A stretch of DNA of 64,000 bases, taken from positions 118,358,001-118,422,000 of the forward strand of contig OX597816.1 of the NCBI GenBank assembly GCA_951406725.2, given 5' to 3'. The stretch's first letter is position 1. Each line of letters starts with the position of its first letter. The stretch comes from Octopus vulgaris. Lineage: Eukaryota. The notes under the pieces were generated by a model that saw only the letters and a list, made by a program, of their open reading frames with translations, was not told where the DNA came from and searched no databases. Of the stretch, positions 1 to 13,900 are shown piece after piece. A program made the translations under genes and the position numbers.

Positions 1-771
1 GCCTATTCAACACTTATAGGACCACTATTACATAAATGCAAAAAACATTTACACTTTATAAAATACTTTGCCTCTCTTTGATCTTAATTCCAAAATTTAG
101 ATTAAATTTTAAGTGTTTGAATTCATAAACATAAGTCTATGTGGTGAAGGGTATTACATATTCTTCAGTAGAAGAAAATGATGCAATCTGAAATATTTAA
201 TGCCAAAATTTGGAAATGCAATAGAATGGATTATTCATTAGATGGATGATAACATCAATTTATGGTGAGGACCGAGGACTGCTTGTTTGTACTGTGGAAC
301 ACAGGAAAATGAAAGAGAGAGAGAGACAATAGGAGAAAGAGAAAAAAGAGAGCAAGTGAAGAAAAAGGAGAGAAAAGTGGGGGAAAGAGAGAGAAATTAA
401 GGGAAAGTGAAAAACAAAAGGAAGAGAGACAAAGAGAAAGATAGGAAAAAAAATAGAGTTGAGGATTACAAAAGGACTCAACTGTGATATCAGTCTAGGA
501 CATTTGTTGTTTTTGTTATTCTTATTTAATACCACATCAGTAGACCTATGACAAAATGTATTAGTCTTCCCCTACATTATCTACTACATGATTCTGAAAG
601 TGTATTTAGGTCTGTATTACTCTCTCTGTTTTCAATAGCATGGAGTGATTTGAATACAATGTGACTGTTCTTTCTAACCATGAACAGTTTCCTCTTTCGC
701 TCATTACAACTTCTTTTGTAACAATTTTAACAACTTTATTATGTGAAGGGCTAAGAAGGGTGTAACATATT

Positions 772-1095
772 CAATCCCTTTTAATACCACCCTACCTGAC
801 ACTGCTCCTGGTTCTAGGACATAAATTCCCTGCTTCAAAGTAATTTAAATTAAAACCTCCCATCAGAATTTTAGGTTAATTTTGGTTCCACAAACCAGCT
901 TAACCCATTTGATACCAACCTGTCTCAGACTGTCCTTAAGTCCATGACAGAAATTTCCTGTTTAAAGTCATCTAAATTACAATTTTCCATCAAAATTTCA
1001 TGTTAATTTATGATAATGACAAATTCTTCATTATTTTCAAACTTATTTAAAACAGGAGCAGTAGATTTCAATAGGAATATAACAAAAAGTGTTAA
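772..1095. mobile_element. Second TTAA MITE family with a duplicated 5' half
   Basis: Two consecutive ~125-bp units (ataccaccctacctgacactg... and ataccaacctgtctcagactg...). Relatives lie at about 39120-39300 (reverse) and 41081-41760 (split by a SINE). Confidence 0.55.
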
Positions 1096-2094
1096 TAACA
1101 AAACGATTAATATCAAAATAGCAGTGGATGACAGGAAGACATTTGTGACAATTTTGAGGGCCTGAAGATAGATATTTGCAAGTCATACTGTACTGTCAAG
1201 TAAAAATTGTAAGCATCCTGCTAAGCTGTACCGCAATAATGAATGCAGGAAGCAAATGGTTTAGCTATCACACTGACGTAGCTAATAACCAGTTTTTTTA
1301 ATATATTTTAAACTCAATTCAGCCTTGATCAAACAGACTTCTAAGGTGTTCAAACCATGGATACAGTGTTGCTTATTTATTTATTTTTTCCTAACACATC
1401 ATGATCATCTAAGACTACTTTGTTTAAGGTGTTCTACCTTCTTTAAAGATGACAGGATTGGTTTGGTTTAAAGAGGGGTGCTGCCATTATGTACATTTGC
1501 TTGGCCAGCCTCATGGAGATTCCCTCTATGGTTCACACACAGACATATACTATGTATACATACATTCGTGTGTGTCTATGTGTGTGTACACACACACACA
1601 CGTATATATAAATATATATATACACACACACGCATATATACATACACTCCCTACTCATGCACCCTTAGTAATCTTTTACCATTCCATTTATATTCACATT
1701 CTTGCACCTTGAGAGTGTGTCCTGGCACATCACTATCTCTCACACACTCTCCTGCTCATTCTTACTCTCCCTTTCTCTCTGTCACCCTCTGATTGGGGTA
1801 ACCATGTATCACTTCTACAACAAAACACCCGTTTCTGTCCCTCTATCAGACTTTAAGCTCTCATCACCAGGCACAAAGTCACCTCACTTAATAACACAAC
1901 CCATCTATCCCAGTTGAGGGATCTTTGTTATGCAAGTTACTTGGTGATCTCACTGGTGCTGGTATCACAAAAAAGACACCCAACCCACTCTGTAAAGTGG
2001 TTGGCATTAGAAAGGGCGTCCAGCTGTAGAAACCATACCAAAGCAGACAGTGGAGCTTGGCACAGTCCTCGGGCTTACCAGCTCCTGTCATACT

Positions 2095-2320
2095 TATTTC
2101 TTTATTACCCACAAGGGGCTAAACATAGAGGGGACAAACAAGGACAGACATAGGTATTAAGTCGATTACATCAACCCCAGTGCGTAACTGGTACTTAATT
2201 TATCAACCCCGAAAGGATGAAAGGCAAAGTCGACCTCGGCGGAATTTGAACTCAGAACGTAGCGGCAGACGAAATACCGCTGAGCATTTTGCCCGGCGTG
2301 CTAACGTTTCTGCCAGCTCA
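2095..2320 (-). mobile_element. Young tRNA-derived SINE (family B) with 10-bp TSD, nested in an older RTE-like tail
   Basis: Head GAGCTGGCAGAAACGTTAGC, B-box GAGTTCAAATTCC, central TTGCCTTTCATCCTTTCGGGGTTGATAAATTAAGTACCAG. TSD CTGTCATACT at 2085-2094 and 2321-2330; CpGs are retained. Confidence 0.9.
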
Positions 2321-5300
2321 CTGTCATACTGTCCAACCAATGCCATCAAGGAAGACTGACATTAAATGATGACGATGATAATGATGATATACATATATAC
2401 ACATATATTTATCTACACACAAGCATGCACACTACACATACATACATATACACGCATACATGCATACACACACACATATATATATACATGCAACACACTA
2501 GTATATCTATTTATTGTTACCTATCCCTAGGTTATTCCTGATAAAGCAGAACTTTGACCAAAGATTTTTTTTTTTTCAGGGGAATCAATCAAGATTACAT
2601 TAGCCAATGTCTCTTGTTTTTTTTGTTTTCTTTTTGTTTTGTTTTTTTTCCCCTTAAACAGTATAGTGTGATTTCACGAAGATCTTTGTTGCTAAATCTT
2701 GCAAGCAAGGCAACTATCTGGAATAAAGCTCATAGAGAACTAGTTGCACAAATGATATACATAAATATATGTAATGCTAAAATGACAAATTCTCATGCAA
2801 CTTTTCACCACAATGCCTTACAGCATAAACAAACTATGACAAGATGAAGATTTCAGCAAGTTGTTTTGGTGAAAGTGTGGGAGTTGAGGTTCAAAAATCG
2901 TGTTAGGTCGTATACGCAAGAGAGGTAGGAAATGAGAGAGAGAGACAGAGAGACAGACAGAAAGAGAAGAACAGAAAGTCAGAGAGAGAGAGAAGAAAAG
3001 AGAGAGAATAAGAAGTCAGATAATGAGAAGCAGACAAAGAGACAAGAAGAAAGAGTGAGAGATCGAGACACATAAAGAAGTATGGTATGATGAAATTTTA
3101 GAGATCTAAAATATTTTGCCTAGTTTCTATATAGTCTATTTTAGCAGCACTGAGTGGAATCATGAAAACATTAAGTACATATATGCATGTGCATGTGTGC
3201 ATTTGCACACAGAGAGAAATGCATTCATGAAGGTGTGTGCGTGTGCGCGTATAGATAGTTTTACAAAAAAAAACAAAAAGACTTCAAAGTAGATTTGCAG
3301 TGGAGATTCCTTTGTAATCACTCTCCTGATGTAAGCAATGGAAATGAAAACTTCAGTCGAGATGCTCTTCCTAGTCATGCATTTGGTTATCAGGTCTCAT
3401 ACTTCAAATTTGACATGGAAGAAGAAAAAGAGCTATAAATTCAAAAGTTATATCATTAAAATTTTTTCACAAGACTGATCTTAACTAATTCATTGCATCC
3501 ATTTTCTCCTACAAGTTATTGCTTAGTTCCAGATTCACTCTGGTAGTGCAGACATATAATTAAGTATGCCCCCTCATAATCATCTCTTCTATTACCATCA
3601 TTATTGTCATAATGTATCTAGGGCTACAATATGCAATGTGTCTTCTTTTTTTTTTTTAGAGAACAGGATGTGAACTGAATGAGATTGGCTGCTGTTTCCA
3701 GCTGGTCAAACAAAAGTATAGAGGCTCTTATGTAAGCTCATTTTATTTATGAGTTTATACCAAAGACAAGCCAAAATATAAAACTATATTTTGCAGAGTT
3801 TTACCATGTGGTTGTGTGTTAAGAAGTTTGCATCCCAACAACATGGTTGCAGGTTCAATCCCACTGCATGGCACCTTGGGTAAGTGTCTTCTACTATAGC
3901 CTTAGGTTGACCAAAGCCTTGTGAGGAGATTTAGTAGATGGAAACTGAAGGAAGCCCGATATCTATATGCATGTGTTTTTGTGTCTGTTCCCCCAACAAC
4001 CACCACCACCTGACTATAGGTGTTGCTGTGTTTACATCCCCATAACTTAACAGCTCAGCAAAAGAGAATAAGTCCTAAGCGTTAAAAAAAAGTCCTGGGA
4101 TCAATTTGTTCAACCAAAACCCTTCAAGATGATGTCCCAGCATGGCTGCAGTCAAATGACTGAAACAAATAAAAGATAAAACGCTCAGAATTCTGGTAAC
4201 ATGAGGCTTATACTGCCTGTAAGAAAGAAGATAAAACCAACACAAAATATCTCCAAATTACTTGATTTTTGCCAAAATAAAACACTTAACACTGATAAAT
4301 GAAACTGAACATAATATAATTCACTAATTTTCCACAGCTATGGACAAATATGAAAGTATTACTTCAACATTGCTTCTCTGTTGAGGCTTTGTTTCCATCA
4401 TTAATTTACCATTTTTAGATTTACAGCAAACCTAGGATTGCTGGCATGTTGCAGAGCGTTTTATTAAACCCTTTCCGAAGTAAAGGTAGAACAACAAAGG
4501 CAGATAATGAAGAGATTTGTATTCACAAAGAGAACATATAAAAGTATAACAATCAATCAGGGGTGAATAGATATCTCTGAAACAGAAAGGAGGGAATACA
4601 TACATCTCATTGGTGGTGGTGGTGGAATATGAATGGGTGTATGCACAGGCGTTCACTTACTCACACACACACTAACACAAACATACACAGCATGTACACA
4701 CAAACAGAAACAGTATGTGCACACACACACGCACATCAAGTAAGTTCTGCAAAGAATGGCTGGAAGAGAGATGCTGATTCAAGATAATAATATCACAAAC
4801 ACAACAGCTTTTAACAAATTGACAGTCTATAATATATAATACTCTTCAAGCTGAACCTATTTCCTGTAAAATGGAAAAAGCCCTCCCAGAAAAGACATGA
4901 GTTGTTATTGTCATTATTATCTAGCCACAGGTCAGCTCTTATCAAGAAAACCTATGATCAAAGGCATTCCACTCATAACTGTCATGTCCTATTATTCGAG
5001 CTTAGTATGCCCACCAGACTAGGTTTTCCAATGTCTTTTCTCTTGCAAGACAGTTAGGAAGTGGTTTAAAAGATTTGACTGCTACTGCTAGTAAATCAGG
5101 TTCTCACAGTGTCAGTCATCCAAGTAGCCAAGATTTCAATGAGTTGCAGGAACTACTTTATCTTAAGACATTTTTTTGCTCAATACTTCTAATTGTCTAG
5201 GTTTGTCCCATACAACACAAACAGATCTTTCTCTCTAATAAAGATAAATCCATTTTATTTATAGATTTTATTTTCCCAGACATTTTGAGCAGACTATTTT

Positions 5301-5434
5301 CCTTTTATTTCATTTTTCCTTGGAGTTTTTTTCTTATTTTTCTTTTTTGAGGGTGATGGAGTTAGCTATCTCATTTTTACATGCAAGAAGAAACGGAATA
5401 GTTTTTTGCTGGAATAATATTTGTTTCTACATTT

Positions 5435-5478
<44 letters not shown>

Positions 5479-6029
5479 GTGTGTGTGTGTAGTATGATAC
5501 TAATTTATCACTGTATGATAAGTGATAAGTAGTCTTATTTCCTATCTTAACTTAAGCCATTTTGCTTCTGTAAACATGCCATACAATGGTAATGTGTAAA
5601 CAATTCTTACATTGCCTCTATCAACAAATTTATTTACAAAATACTGGCTTGTTTGCCCTTGATGGTCCTGGAATAAATTTCAACACACACCCATTTGAAG
5701 GCCAAAGATGTTTACTACCATTCATATACATCACCATCATTTTTTTTGCTTTGTTTATTTTGTTTCGTTTTTCCAGCGGATAGGCACAGTTCCAAAACCA
5801 AAAGATATTCAACTGTAGAACGACAGAGCATGCATAACAATTACCAATAAGAGCCTGACAGAGACAAAACTGGACAGACCTAATTTTACTTGCAAAACAA
5901 AAACATTTAATTTTAATAATTCAATTAACAATCATTAAAATTACACTCCACCCCCATCTACTGCAATTCAAAAAGATATTTTGCATGTAAACCTAAATTA
6001 ATGCTTCCGTTACTTAAAAAGGAAAGCAA

Positions 6030-7186
6030 TAATAATAATGTTTTCAAATTTTGCCATAAGGGCAAAAATTTTGGCAGAGGGGATGAGTCAAATACATCAA
6101 CCCTGAAAGGATGAAAGGCAAAGTCAACCTCAGTGGAATTTGAACTCAGAACATAGTGACAGGTGAAATACTGCTAAGCATTTTGTCTAGCATGCTAATG
6201 ATTCTGTCAGTTTGCCATCTATAATAAATAATCCTTTCTACTATAAGCACAAGGTCCAAAATTTGTGGGGGCGGGGGGCCTTAGTCAATTACATAGGCCC
6301 CAGTGCTCAACTGGAGCTTATTTTATTGACCCTGAAAGGATCAAAGGCAAAGTCAACCCCAGCAGAATTTGAACTCAGAACATAAGATGGGTGAAATACA
6401 GCTAAGCATTTTGTCCAGCTTTCTAATGATTCTGCCAGCTCTCCACCTTAAAAACAAAGTTAACCATACAGGATTTGAACTAAGAATGTCAAGAGCCAAA
6501 AGAGATGCCACCAAACATTTTGTCTAGCATACTAACAATGCAGCCAGCTCACTGCCAAAAGACTATTGGAAGTTTGTGGACATCTAAGGTTACAGATAGT
6601 AACTCACTACCAACATAAATTCTACTAGGAATAAGGACGAACCTGAGTCACATCAATAAAAATAATAATCCTTTCTGCTACAGGCACAAGGCCTGAATTT
6701 TGTGGAGAGGGGCAAATCGATTACATCAACTCAAGTACTCAACTGGTACTTAATGTATTTACCCCGAAAGGATGAAAGGTAAAATCAGCCTTGGAGGCAT
6801 TTGAACACAGAGTGTAGCAACGGATGACATACCACTAAGTATTTTGCCTGGCATGCTAACAATTCTGCTAGTTCATCTTAATAATAATAATCTTTCTAGT
6901 AAAGTCACAAGGCCTGGAATTTGGAGGCAGGTGATAGTCAATTACATTGACCCCAGTACTCTCTTGGTGCTTATTTTATCAACCCCAAAAAATGAAAGGG
7001 CAAAGTCAACCACAGCGGTGTTTGAACTCAGAACATGAAGACAGATGATATGCTGCTAAGCATTTGGCCTGGCATGCTAACGATTCTGCCAGTTCATCAT
7101 TAATAACCATAATAATAATCCTTTCTATTATAAGGCCTGAAATTTTGTAGGAGGTACATCAACACCAAAAGGATGAATAATCATAA

Positions 7187-7223
<37 letters not shown>

Positions 7224-7310
7224 GTTTCAGATTTTGGCACAGGACCAGCAATTTTCACAAAGTAGTTGGGGGAAGTCGAATGCAAGGAGTCCAATATTCA
7301 ACTGGTACTT
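6030..7310 (-). mobile_element. Tandem cluster of family-B SINEs (minus strand) separated by (AAT)n
   Basis: Repeated gaaaggatgaaaggcaaagtcaac...gaatttgaactcagaac...ctaagcatttt...ctaatgattctgccag units starting near 6040, 6230, 6670 and 6890, plus fragments. Confidence 0.88.
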
Positions 7311-7407
7311 GGTAATGAGCACCTGGTATGTATTATTATCTCTTTTAATATGGCTTAAAATCTTAAGTGAATTACATACTTGGTGCCCATCATCAAGTCA
7401 TACAACC

Positions 7408-7680
7408 TCAGATACAGAATACTATTCCTAGTTTGTTGGTAGTTCCAAGAAGTGCCAATTTCTATAAGGATACAATGCCAGGTGTTATATTTAGCTTCTT
7501 CATGTACATTTTAGTAACTTGTTAGGAATGGAGCCAAGGGCACTAATTACTATTCTCACAACTTCAGTTTGTATTCCACATTCTTGAAATTTGCAACCAA
7601 ATCTTCAAATAATTATCTGTCTTCCCATGCTCTCTGCTAGCTATATTATGGTCATCTATAATGTAGCATTTCTGAGACTG
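7408..7680 (-). mobile_element. R4/Dong-clade non-LTR retrotransposon 3' fragment (restriction-like endonuclease C-terminus)
   Basis: Translates with frameshifts as KCYIIDDHNIASREHGKTDNY..ISRMWNT / TEVVRIVISALGSIP / L*KLALLGTTNKLGIVFCI*. This matches the R4/Dong pattern IID..P.D..I...E.EK..KY...I.R.W...VVPIVIGALG...LQK.ALLGT. It abuts an (ATT)n tract. Confidence 0.8.
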
Positions 7681-7729
7681 ATTATTATTATCATCATCAT
7701 CATTATTATTATTATCATTATTATTATTG

Positions 7730-8392
7730 TAAGGCAACAAGCCGGCAGAATCATTAGCACACCAGGAAAAATGCTTAGTGGCATTTTGTCCATCTTTATG
7801 TTCTAAGTTCAGATACCAACAGGATTGACTTTGCCTTTCATCTTTTCAGGGTTGATAAAATAAGAACCAGTTGAGTACTGGAATTAGTATAATTGACTAC
7901 CCACCTCCCCCAAATTTCATGCCTTGTGCCTATAGTAGAAACTATTATTATTATTATTATTATTATAAGGCAACAAAGAGGCAGAATTGTTAGTATGCCA
8001 GACGAATTGTTTAGCAGCATTTCGTTCGTCCTTACATTTCTAAGTTCAAATTCTGCCGAAGTCAGCTTTACCTTTCAACCTTTTTGGGATTGACAAATTA
8101 AGTACCAGTTGAACACTGGGGTTGATGTAATCAACTTAGCCCCTCCCCGAAATTACTGGTCTTGTGCCAAAATTTGAAATCATCATTATCATAATTAAGG
8201 CGACAAGCTGGCAGAATTGTTAGCACGCCAGACAAAGTGCTTAGCGATATTTCGTCTGTCTTTTCAGTCTAAATTCAATTTCTGTCATTGTCAATTTTGC
8301 CTTTCATCCTTTTGGGATCAATTAAAAAAGTACCAGTTCAGCATTAGGTTTGACATAATTTACTAAACATCTTCCCCAAAATTTCAGGCCTT
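7730..8392 (+). mobile_element. Three tandem family-B SINEs (plus strand)
   Basis: Each unit is taaggc..a.ctggcagaat..ttagca...gttcaaatt...ttgcctttcatcc...gtaccagtt, joined by (ATT)n. Confidence 0.88.
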
Positions 8393-9996
8393 CTGCTTGT
8401 CTTTTATCTTTTACATGTTTCAGTCATTAGACTGCAACCATGCTAGGGCAACACTTTGAAGAATTTTTTAGAAGAATGAATTAACCCCAGTACTTATTTG
8501 TTTTAAAGACTAGTACTTATTCTATTGATCTCTTTTTTTTGAACCGCTAAGTTACAGGGATGTAAACATACCAACACATGCATAGATGTGTATGTACACA
8601 CACACAACAGTCTTCTTTCAGTTTCTACCTACCAAATCCATTCACAAGGCTTTGGTTGTAGTGGGACTAAACATGGAACCATGTGGTTGGGAAGCAAACT
8701 TCTTACCACACAGCTACACTTGTGCCTATAAAAATATACCCATCATGACTACCTGTCTGATAAGGGTACACCAGGCATGGGCATCACAACCAGATGTGTG
8801 TGACATGGTGATCTCATATCAAAATAAACAGCACATGACCTTGCCGGAGTGGGTCCAGTTATTGTTATTATATAATTGTTCAACATTTGTTAGTTACAGG
8901 GATGCTGTAATAATAATTGTTTCTAACAAAGGTACAAGCCCTGGAATTTGGTGGGTAGGGGTTAGTTAATAAAATCAAACCTAGTTCTTGACTGGTATTA
9001 TAATTTATTCACCCTGGAAGGATAAAAGGTAATGTTAAGCTCAGCAGAATTTGAACTGTCAAGAGCAAGAGCTGGATGAAATTAAATACCACAAACCATG
9101 CTTCTGATACTGCAAATCGAACACCTTTGATAAAAAATGTTTATAGACAAGTCCAGCAGTTTTGAGGAAAGATGAAAATTAATTACATCAACCCCAGTAT
9201 ATGACTTTTACTTCATTTTATTGAACCTGAAAGGAAGAAAGACAAAACTGATCCCAGCAGGATTTGAATTCAGAACAGAAATAGCCAGAACAAATACTGC
9301 AAAGCACTTTTTTTCTTTTTCATTTTCCAATGCTCTATTGATTCTGCCAGTCAGCCATCCTACTGCCAATCTACCTATAACAATGGTGATAATGTTAAAT
9401 AATGATAACAACTACAACAGCAACAGTACCAGTCATCAAAATACCAGACGCTATTCTGTAACTTTGCTTTGTTAGCATAAAAAAGAAAATCCCATAATTA
9501 AACGATGTGGAATTTCAAATGAAGAAATATTGAAAAACCCTGCTTTGATAAATTCACACAATCAGATTGCTCAATCAATTGAGCAGCAGAAAGTAATCTG
9601 GGTGGTTGTGAACAATATAGTAAAGCAAGAAAAGCAGCAAGTCATTGGAACATGCTGCATACACTGGTATCGTCTACACAACTAGCAGGGTGGGTTGTCT
9701 TGTGCTGCAACTAAGATGCTCTCAAACAAATAAAAGTCGAGCAAGCAAAACAAATTCTAGCAAATAAACAACAGATATGTAATAAATTATACTTGTTTGC
9801 CAACAAAGCAGAGAGAGGGAGAGGGAGAAAAGGTGAGGGTAGGGAAAGACAATGTTTATTTGTTTCGTTTCAAAACAGCAGAGTTTCCAAAGAAACATAC
9901 ATCATGTATATGGAACAAGGATAGCTTTAATGTGCTGCCAAGTCATCCTCCTCCACCATCACCATTACCACCACCACCAAAATTTCTAGAGAGTTT

Positions 9997-10051
9997 TCAA
10001 GAAGTCCACTTTGCTGCAAGCATTTCTTCAAGATGCTCCAATCTCACAAAT
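9997..10051 (-). CDS. Candidate terminal coding exon (FVRLEHLEEMLAAKWTS*), product unknown
   Basis: Acceptor tgacctttgctgtctctcctag| with a branch-like TGAC, followed by a protein-like phase-2 frame to TGA. Unique sequence follows, with AATAAA on the minus strand at ~9855. Confidence 0.35.
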
Positions 10052-12669
10052 CTAGGAGAGACAGCAAAGGTCAAGAGCATTCTTCCCCCACTTCTCCTGA
10101 TAATCATTTTTATTTAAATTTTAAAAAACTTAAATAAAATTGACATAATTATTTAGATAATATTTTATGACGGAATTAAGTTTGCAGAAGGCTAAAACTT
10201 TCCCACTGATTCCTCTAGCCACTAAATGTGATTTTTTTTTTTTTTTAAAGCTTAATTTCAGGGACATCACTCAAACTTTTCTAGCCCTTCAAGAGACCAG
10301 GGTTAAAAAGAGGATCACAGTATAATCATTGTTTAGTTTGAATTTTGCAGATGAACAGTTGCAAGAGTCACAGTGTTAGGAAGGAACTCCAAAATGATGT
10401 AGATTTTTAAAGGTAGGATTGTATAAATTGTTTGAAGATTAGAATCAGTGAAGAAAAGAACAATTCACAGTTGAATTGAAAGTTTATCTCAAACTTACCT
10501 TCTATGTTTACATCAAAACAAAATATCAAAGCTAAATATAAGACATTCATGCTTTAGCAAGCATTCAAACCAGATCCATTCTTCCCTCTCTACCAACAGA
10601 TTTGCACCAAGCATCAACCATATTGATCTCATCTGTCTTGTTATGAGCACTGCCTCCCTACCTCTGGCTTACTTATTAAAGAAATAACAATAGTAACATC
10701 TAAGCAGTAAGGTCATCTAGAACAGATTGAATAAACTAGATTGTGTAAGGATGGAAAATAAATGTGAACTCCTTTAATGCAAATGAAAATATTTAATGGC
10801 TGACAGGATTTAGGTCCAGTGCAGATGTTACCCAACAGCTACATAAACAAGGTGCGGTGAGCATATTGAGATACACTACAAGACATTACCTAGTAATCTA
10901 GTGCTCTGTGAGCTGAGCTGAGGTAGAGAAACAATACAAAACATCTACAACAGATATGGCCTCATGATCTAGTAGACCATCCAGTGCATTACCTACTCAT
11001 GTGTTTCATGTTGGATATAAAAGACAGCATTGGTCACATGAGCAAAAGTATCTGTCATAGTAAAAGATGAAGCAAATTGCAGAGTTGAGTTAATTAGTAA
11101 TATTCTATCTTCCACTTCAGGCAAATGTAGAATGTTTGTGAATATATTCTTGCTCATCAGGCTTTTCTCTCTGTACATGTGGGTTAATGTATGGATAGAG
11201 CTTCCTTTTGTAGTAATATCTGTTTTCTCAATTGGGCCCTTCACATAATAGCAATGATCTAACCAAACAAGATGTCTAGTCTTTCAGATAAGGCACAAAG
11301 ATTTATCCAGAGTATAAAGATTTTTGCCTGAGAGTTTGTAACTGCCAGAAAGTATCAGAGAATGAATGGTTGGGTCCGTGTCTGGTGGGTCCAGGGGAAC
11401 AGAACCATACCTCAAGGCTGCTGTAGTAGGAAGTGCATTGAGATAACAGGATACTTGTTCAGAATGTTTGCAATAAAATGGGTTTCATTAAAGGCACCCA
11501 AGGACTAATTTTCTGGCAGTGGTGGGGGTGTTGGTGTTAAACTGAGCAATGAAACCATTTCAAGCATTGGTACCAACAGTGAATATGTTTGCTCTCAAAA
11601 TGAAATAAATATGACAGGAGTAAATTTGGCTGTCAGATAACCTAACAATTATAAAACTGCCATCAAACATTGATTTCTTTAGATTTTTATATTTGTTCTA
11701 ATTAGAAACAGTCCACTTCAATATCTTTCTTCATCAAGCCAATCTGATGTCACATTTACCTATTTCATTAAGTCACATGGCTGGTTAAAAATTAAAACTG
11801 TTCTTTTACCTTTCTTTAAAAAAAAAGTTTCTACAAACACTAACTTTAAGAATTAAAAATTGTTTGTCTGATAGTCACAAAACCATAGTTAAGGTAGTGA
11901 CAGATTAAATACATCCTAGTATGTTGCTGGTACTTTTTTTTTTTTTTTTTTTCCAATTTACAACAGTAATACAAAAGCCTATATCAACCCTGGTGAGATT
12001 TAAACTCAGGAACATGAAATAAATATAAACATTGGAGCCATTTTGGTTCCTAAACCTTATAGATTAAATTAGTCAAAGTAATTAGTACCTAACCACTTTA
12101 TGAAACTCAGAGCAGGTCAGACCCTTTAGCATCTAAACTAATCATATCCAGCCCAGATTTTTTACCAGTTCTATGTTAAACCTAGCCTGATCCAGCATCT
12201 CACACCTACCCTACAATAACATTCTAAAAATAAACAATCACATCATCAAAATCATAAAGCTACAAAATAATGCATGGTCAATACAAAACAATGTGAATAA
12301 ATAAGTTACATGTGACGCAAGTAATCTAAATGATAACAGATTAAGCTAAAAATGTGGTTATAACAGTCAGGCCTTAATACCATTGACAGCATAAGGCATA
12401 GAGAGAAGTGGTTCCAATTAGAAAGAAAACTGACTCTGTCTGGCTTTGTCTTATTATAGAGCATTTTCAATGTTTAATAAGAATGATGAAGAAAGAAAAA
12501 AATAATAATAAAGAAAATTAATTTATTTTAAATTCTAGATATAGTATGTTTGATTTCTTCCAAAATTCAAGCAGTAAATTGTGTTTGCTTTGAGAATTCA
12601 TTAGAAGAATGGTTTACCTCAAACAGAATGATATAATTTAATTTTCCATGTGTACAAAATGAACATCTA

Positions 12670-13088
12670 ATTTGGCAGAATCATTAGAGCATTAGACAAA
12701 ATGCTTTGCAGTTAGCTTTGGCACTTTACACTCTGAGCTAAAATCCTGCCAACTCAGCCTTTCAACTTGACAGGGTCGATAACTTAAGTACCAGTCAAGT
12801 AGGGAGTTCATTTTCATTGACTAACCCCACACCCAAACTTGTGGCCTTGTTAGCAATGATTATAATTATTATTAAAGTGGTGAGCAGGCAGATTTGTTAG
12901 CATACTGGACAAAATGCTTAGTGGTATTTCATCCGTCTTTAGGTTCTGTATTCAAATTCTGCTAAGGTCAACTTTGCTTTCCATCATTTCAAAGGTTAAT
13001 AAAATAAGTACCAGTCAAACACTGGGGTTAATGTAATCAACTGTCCCCTTCCCTACAAATTTCAGGTATTGTGTCTATAGTAAAAAGG

Positions 13089-13124
<36 letters not shown>

Positions 13125-13900
13125 TAGCATGCTAAGCATAATGCTTGGCAGTATTTTGTCTGTCTTCATGTTCTGAGTCCAAGTTCCTCCAAGGTTGACT
13201 TTGCTTTTCATCCTTTCGGGATTAATAAAATAAGTACCAGTTGAGTACTGGGGTCAATGAAATCGGTTATCCTCCTTCCCCAAAATTTCATGCTTTGTAC
13301 CTATAGTAGAAATCTTTTTTTTTTTTTTGTTAAACTTATTTACATGCAAAACCCTTACAACAACACACTCACACACATACATTCTTTGTTGTGTCCTATA
13401 CTGTCCATAATGTTATTCTTAATGCAAACCATTGTGGTCAATAAAAAAATCATTATTATTATTAATAAGGTGGCAAGCTGGCAGAATTGTTAACATGTTC
13501 AAATTCCACCAAGGTCAACTTAACCTTTCATCCTTTCTGAGTTGATAAAATAAGTACCAGTTGAGTACTGAGGTCAGTATATTTGACTCATCCCGAAAAC
13601 TGCTGGCCTTGTGCCAGAATCTGAAACCATTATTGCTATTATTATTATTATCATCATCATCATTATTAAAGCAGTGAGCTGGTAGACTTGTTAACAAACT
13701 GGACGAAATGCTTAGCAGTATTTTGTCATCACTACATTCTGAGTTCACATTCCACCAAAGTCAACTTTGCCTTTTATCCTTTCAGGGTCGATAAATTAAG
13801 TATCAGTTGGGTACTGGGGTCGATATAATTGATTACCCCCTCCCACTAATTTCAGACCTAGTGCCAATAGTAGAAAGGGTTATTTATCATCATCATTATT
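12670..13900 (+). mobile_element. Five tandem family-B SINEs joined by (ATT)n/(ATC)n
   Basis: Units start near 12670, 12878, 13125, 13468 and 13670, with the same head, B-box and central domain. Confidence 0.88.

Noticed and set aside
2595-2717. Minus-strand acceptor plus frame IVALLARFSNKDLREITLYCL...*
   Set aside because: It runs into a poly-A-rich tract with no supporting homology; indistinguishable from chance.
3290-3437. Open frames on both strands in unique sequence
   Set aside because: No consistent acceptor/donor pair and no recognisable family.
10600-11600. Possible decayed LINE reverse-transcriptase 3' region (minus strand)
   Set aside because: The composition is suggestive, but I could not recover diagnostic motifs.
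6030-13900. Regularly recurring ~40-bp motif resembling a CRISPR-like array
   Set aside because: It is the conserved central domain of tandem SINE copies; the intervening sequences are homologous, not unique spacers.
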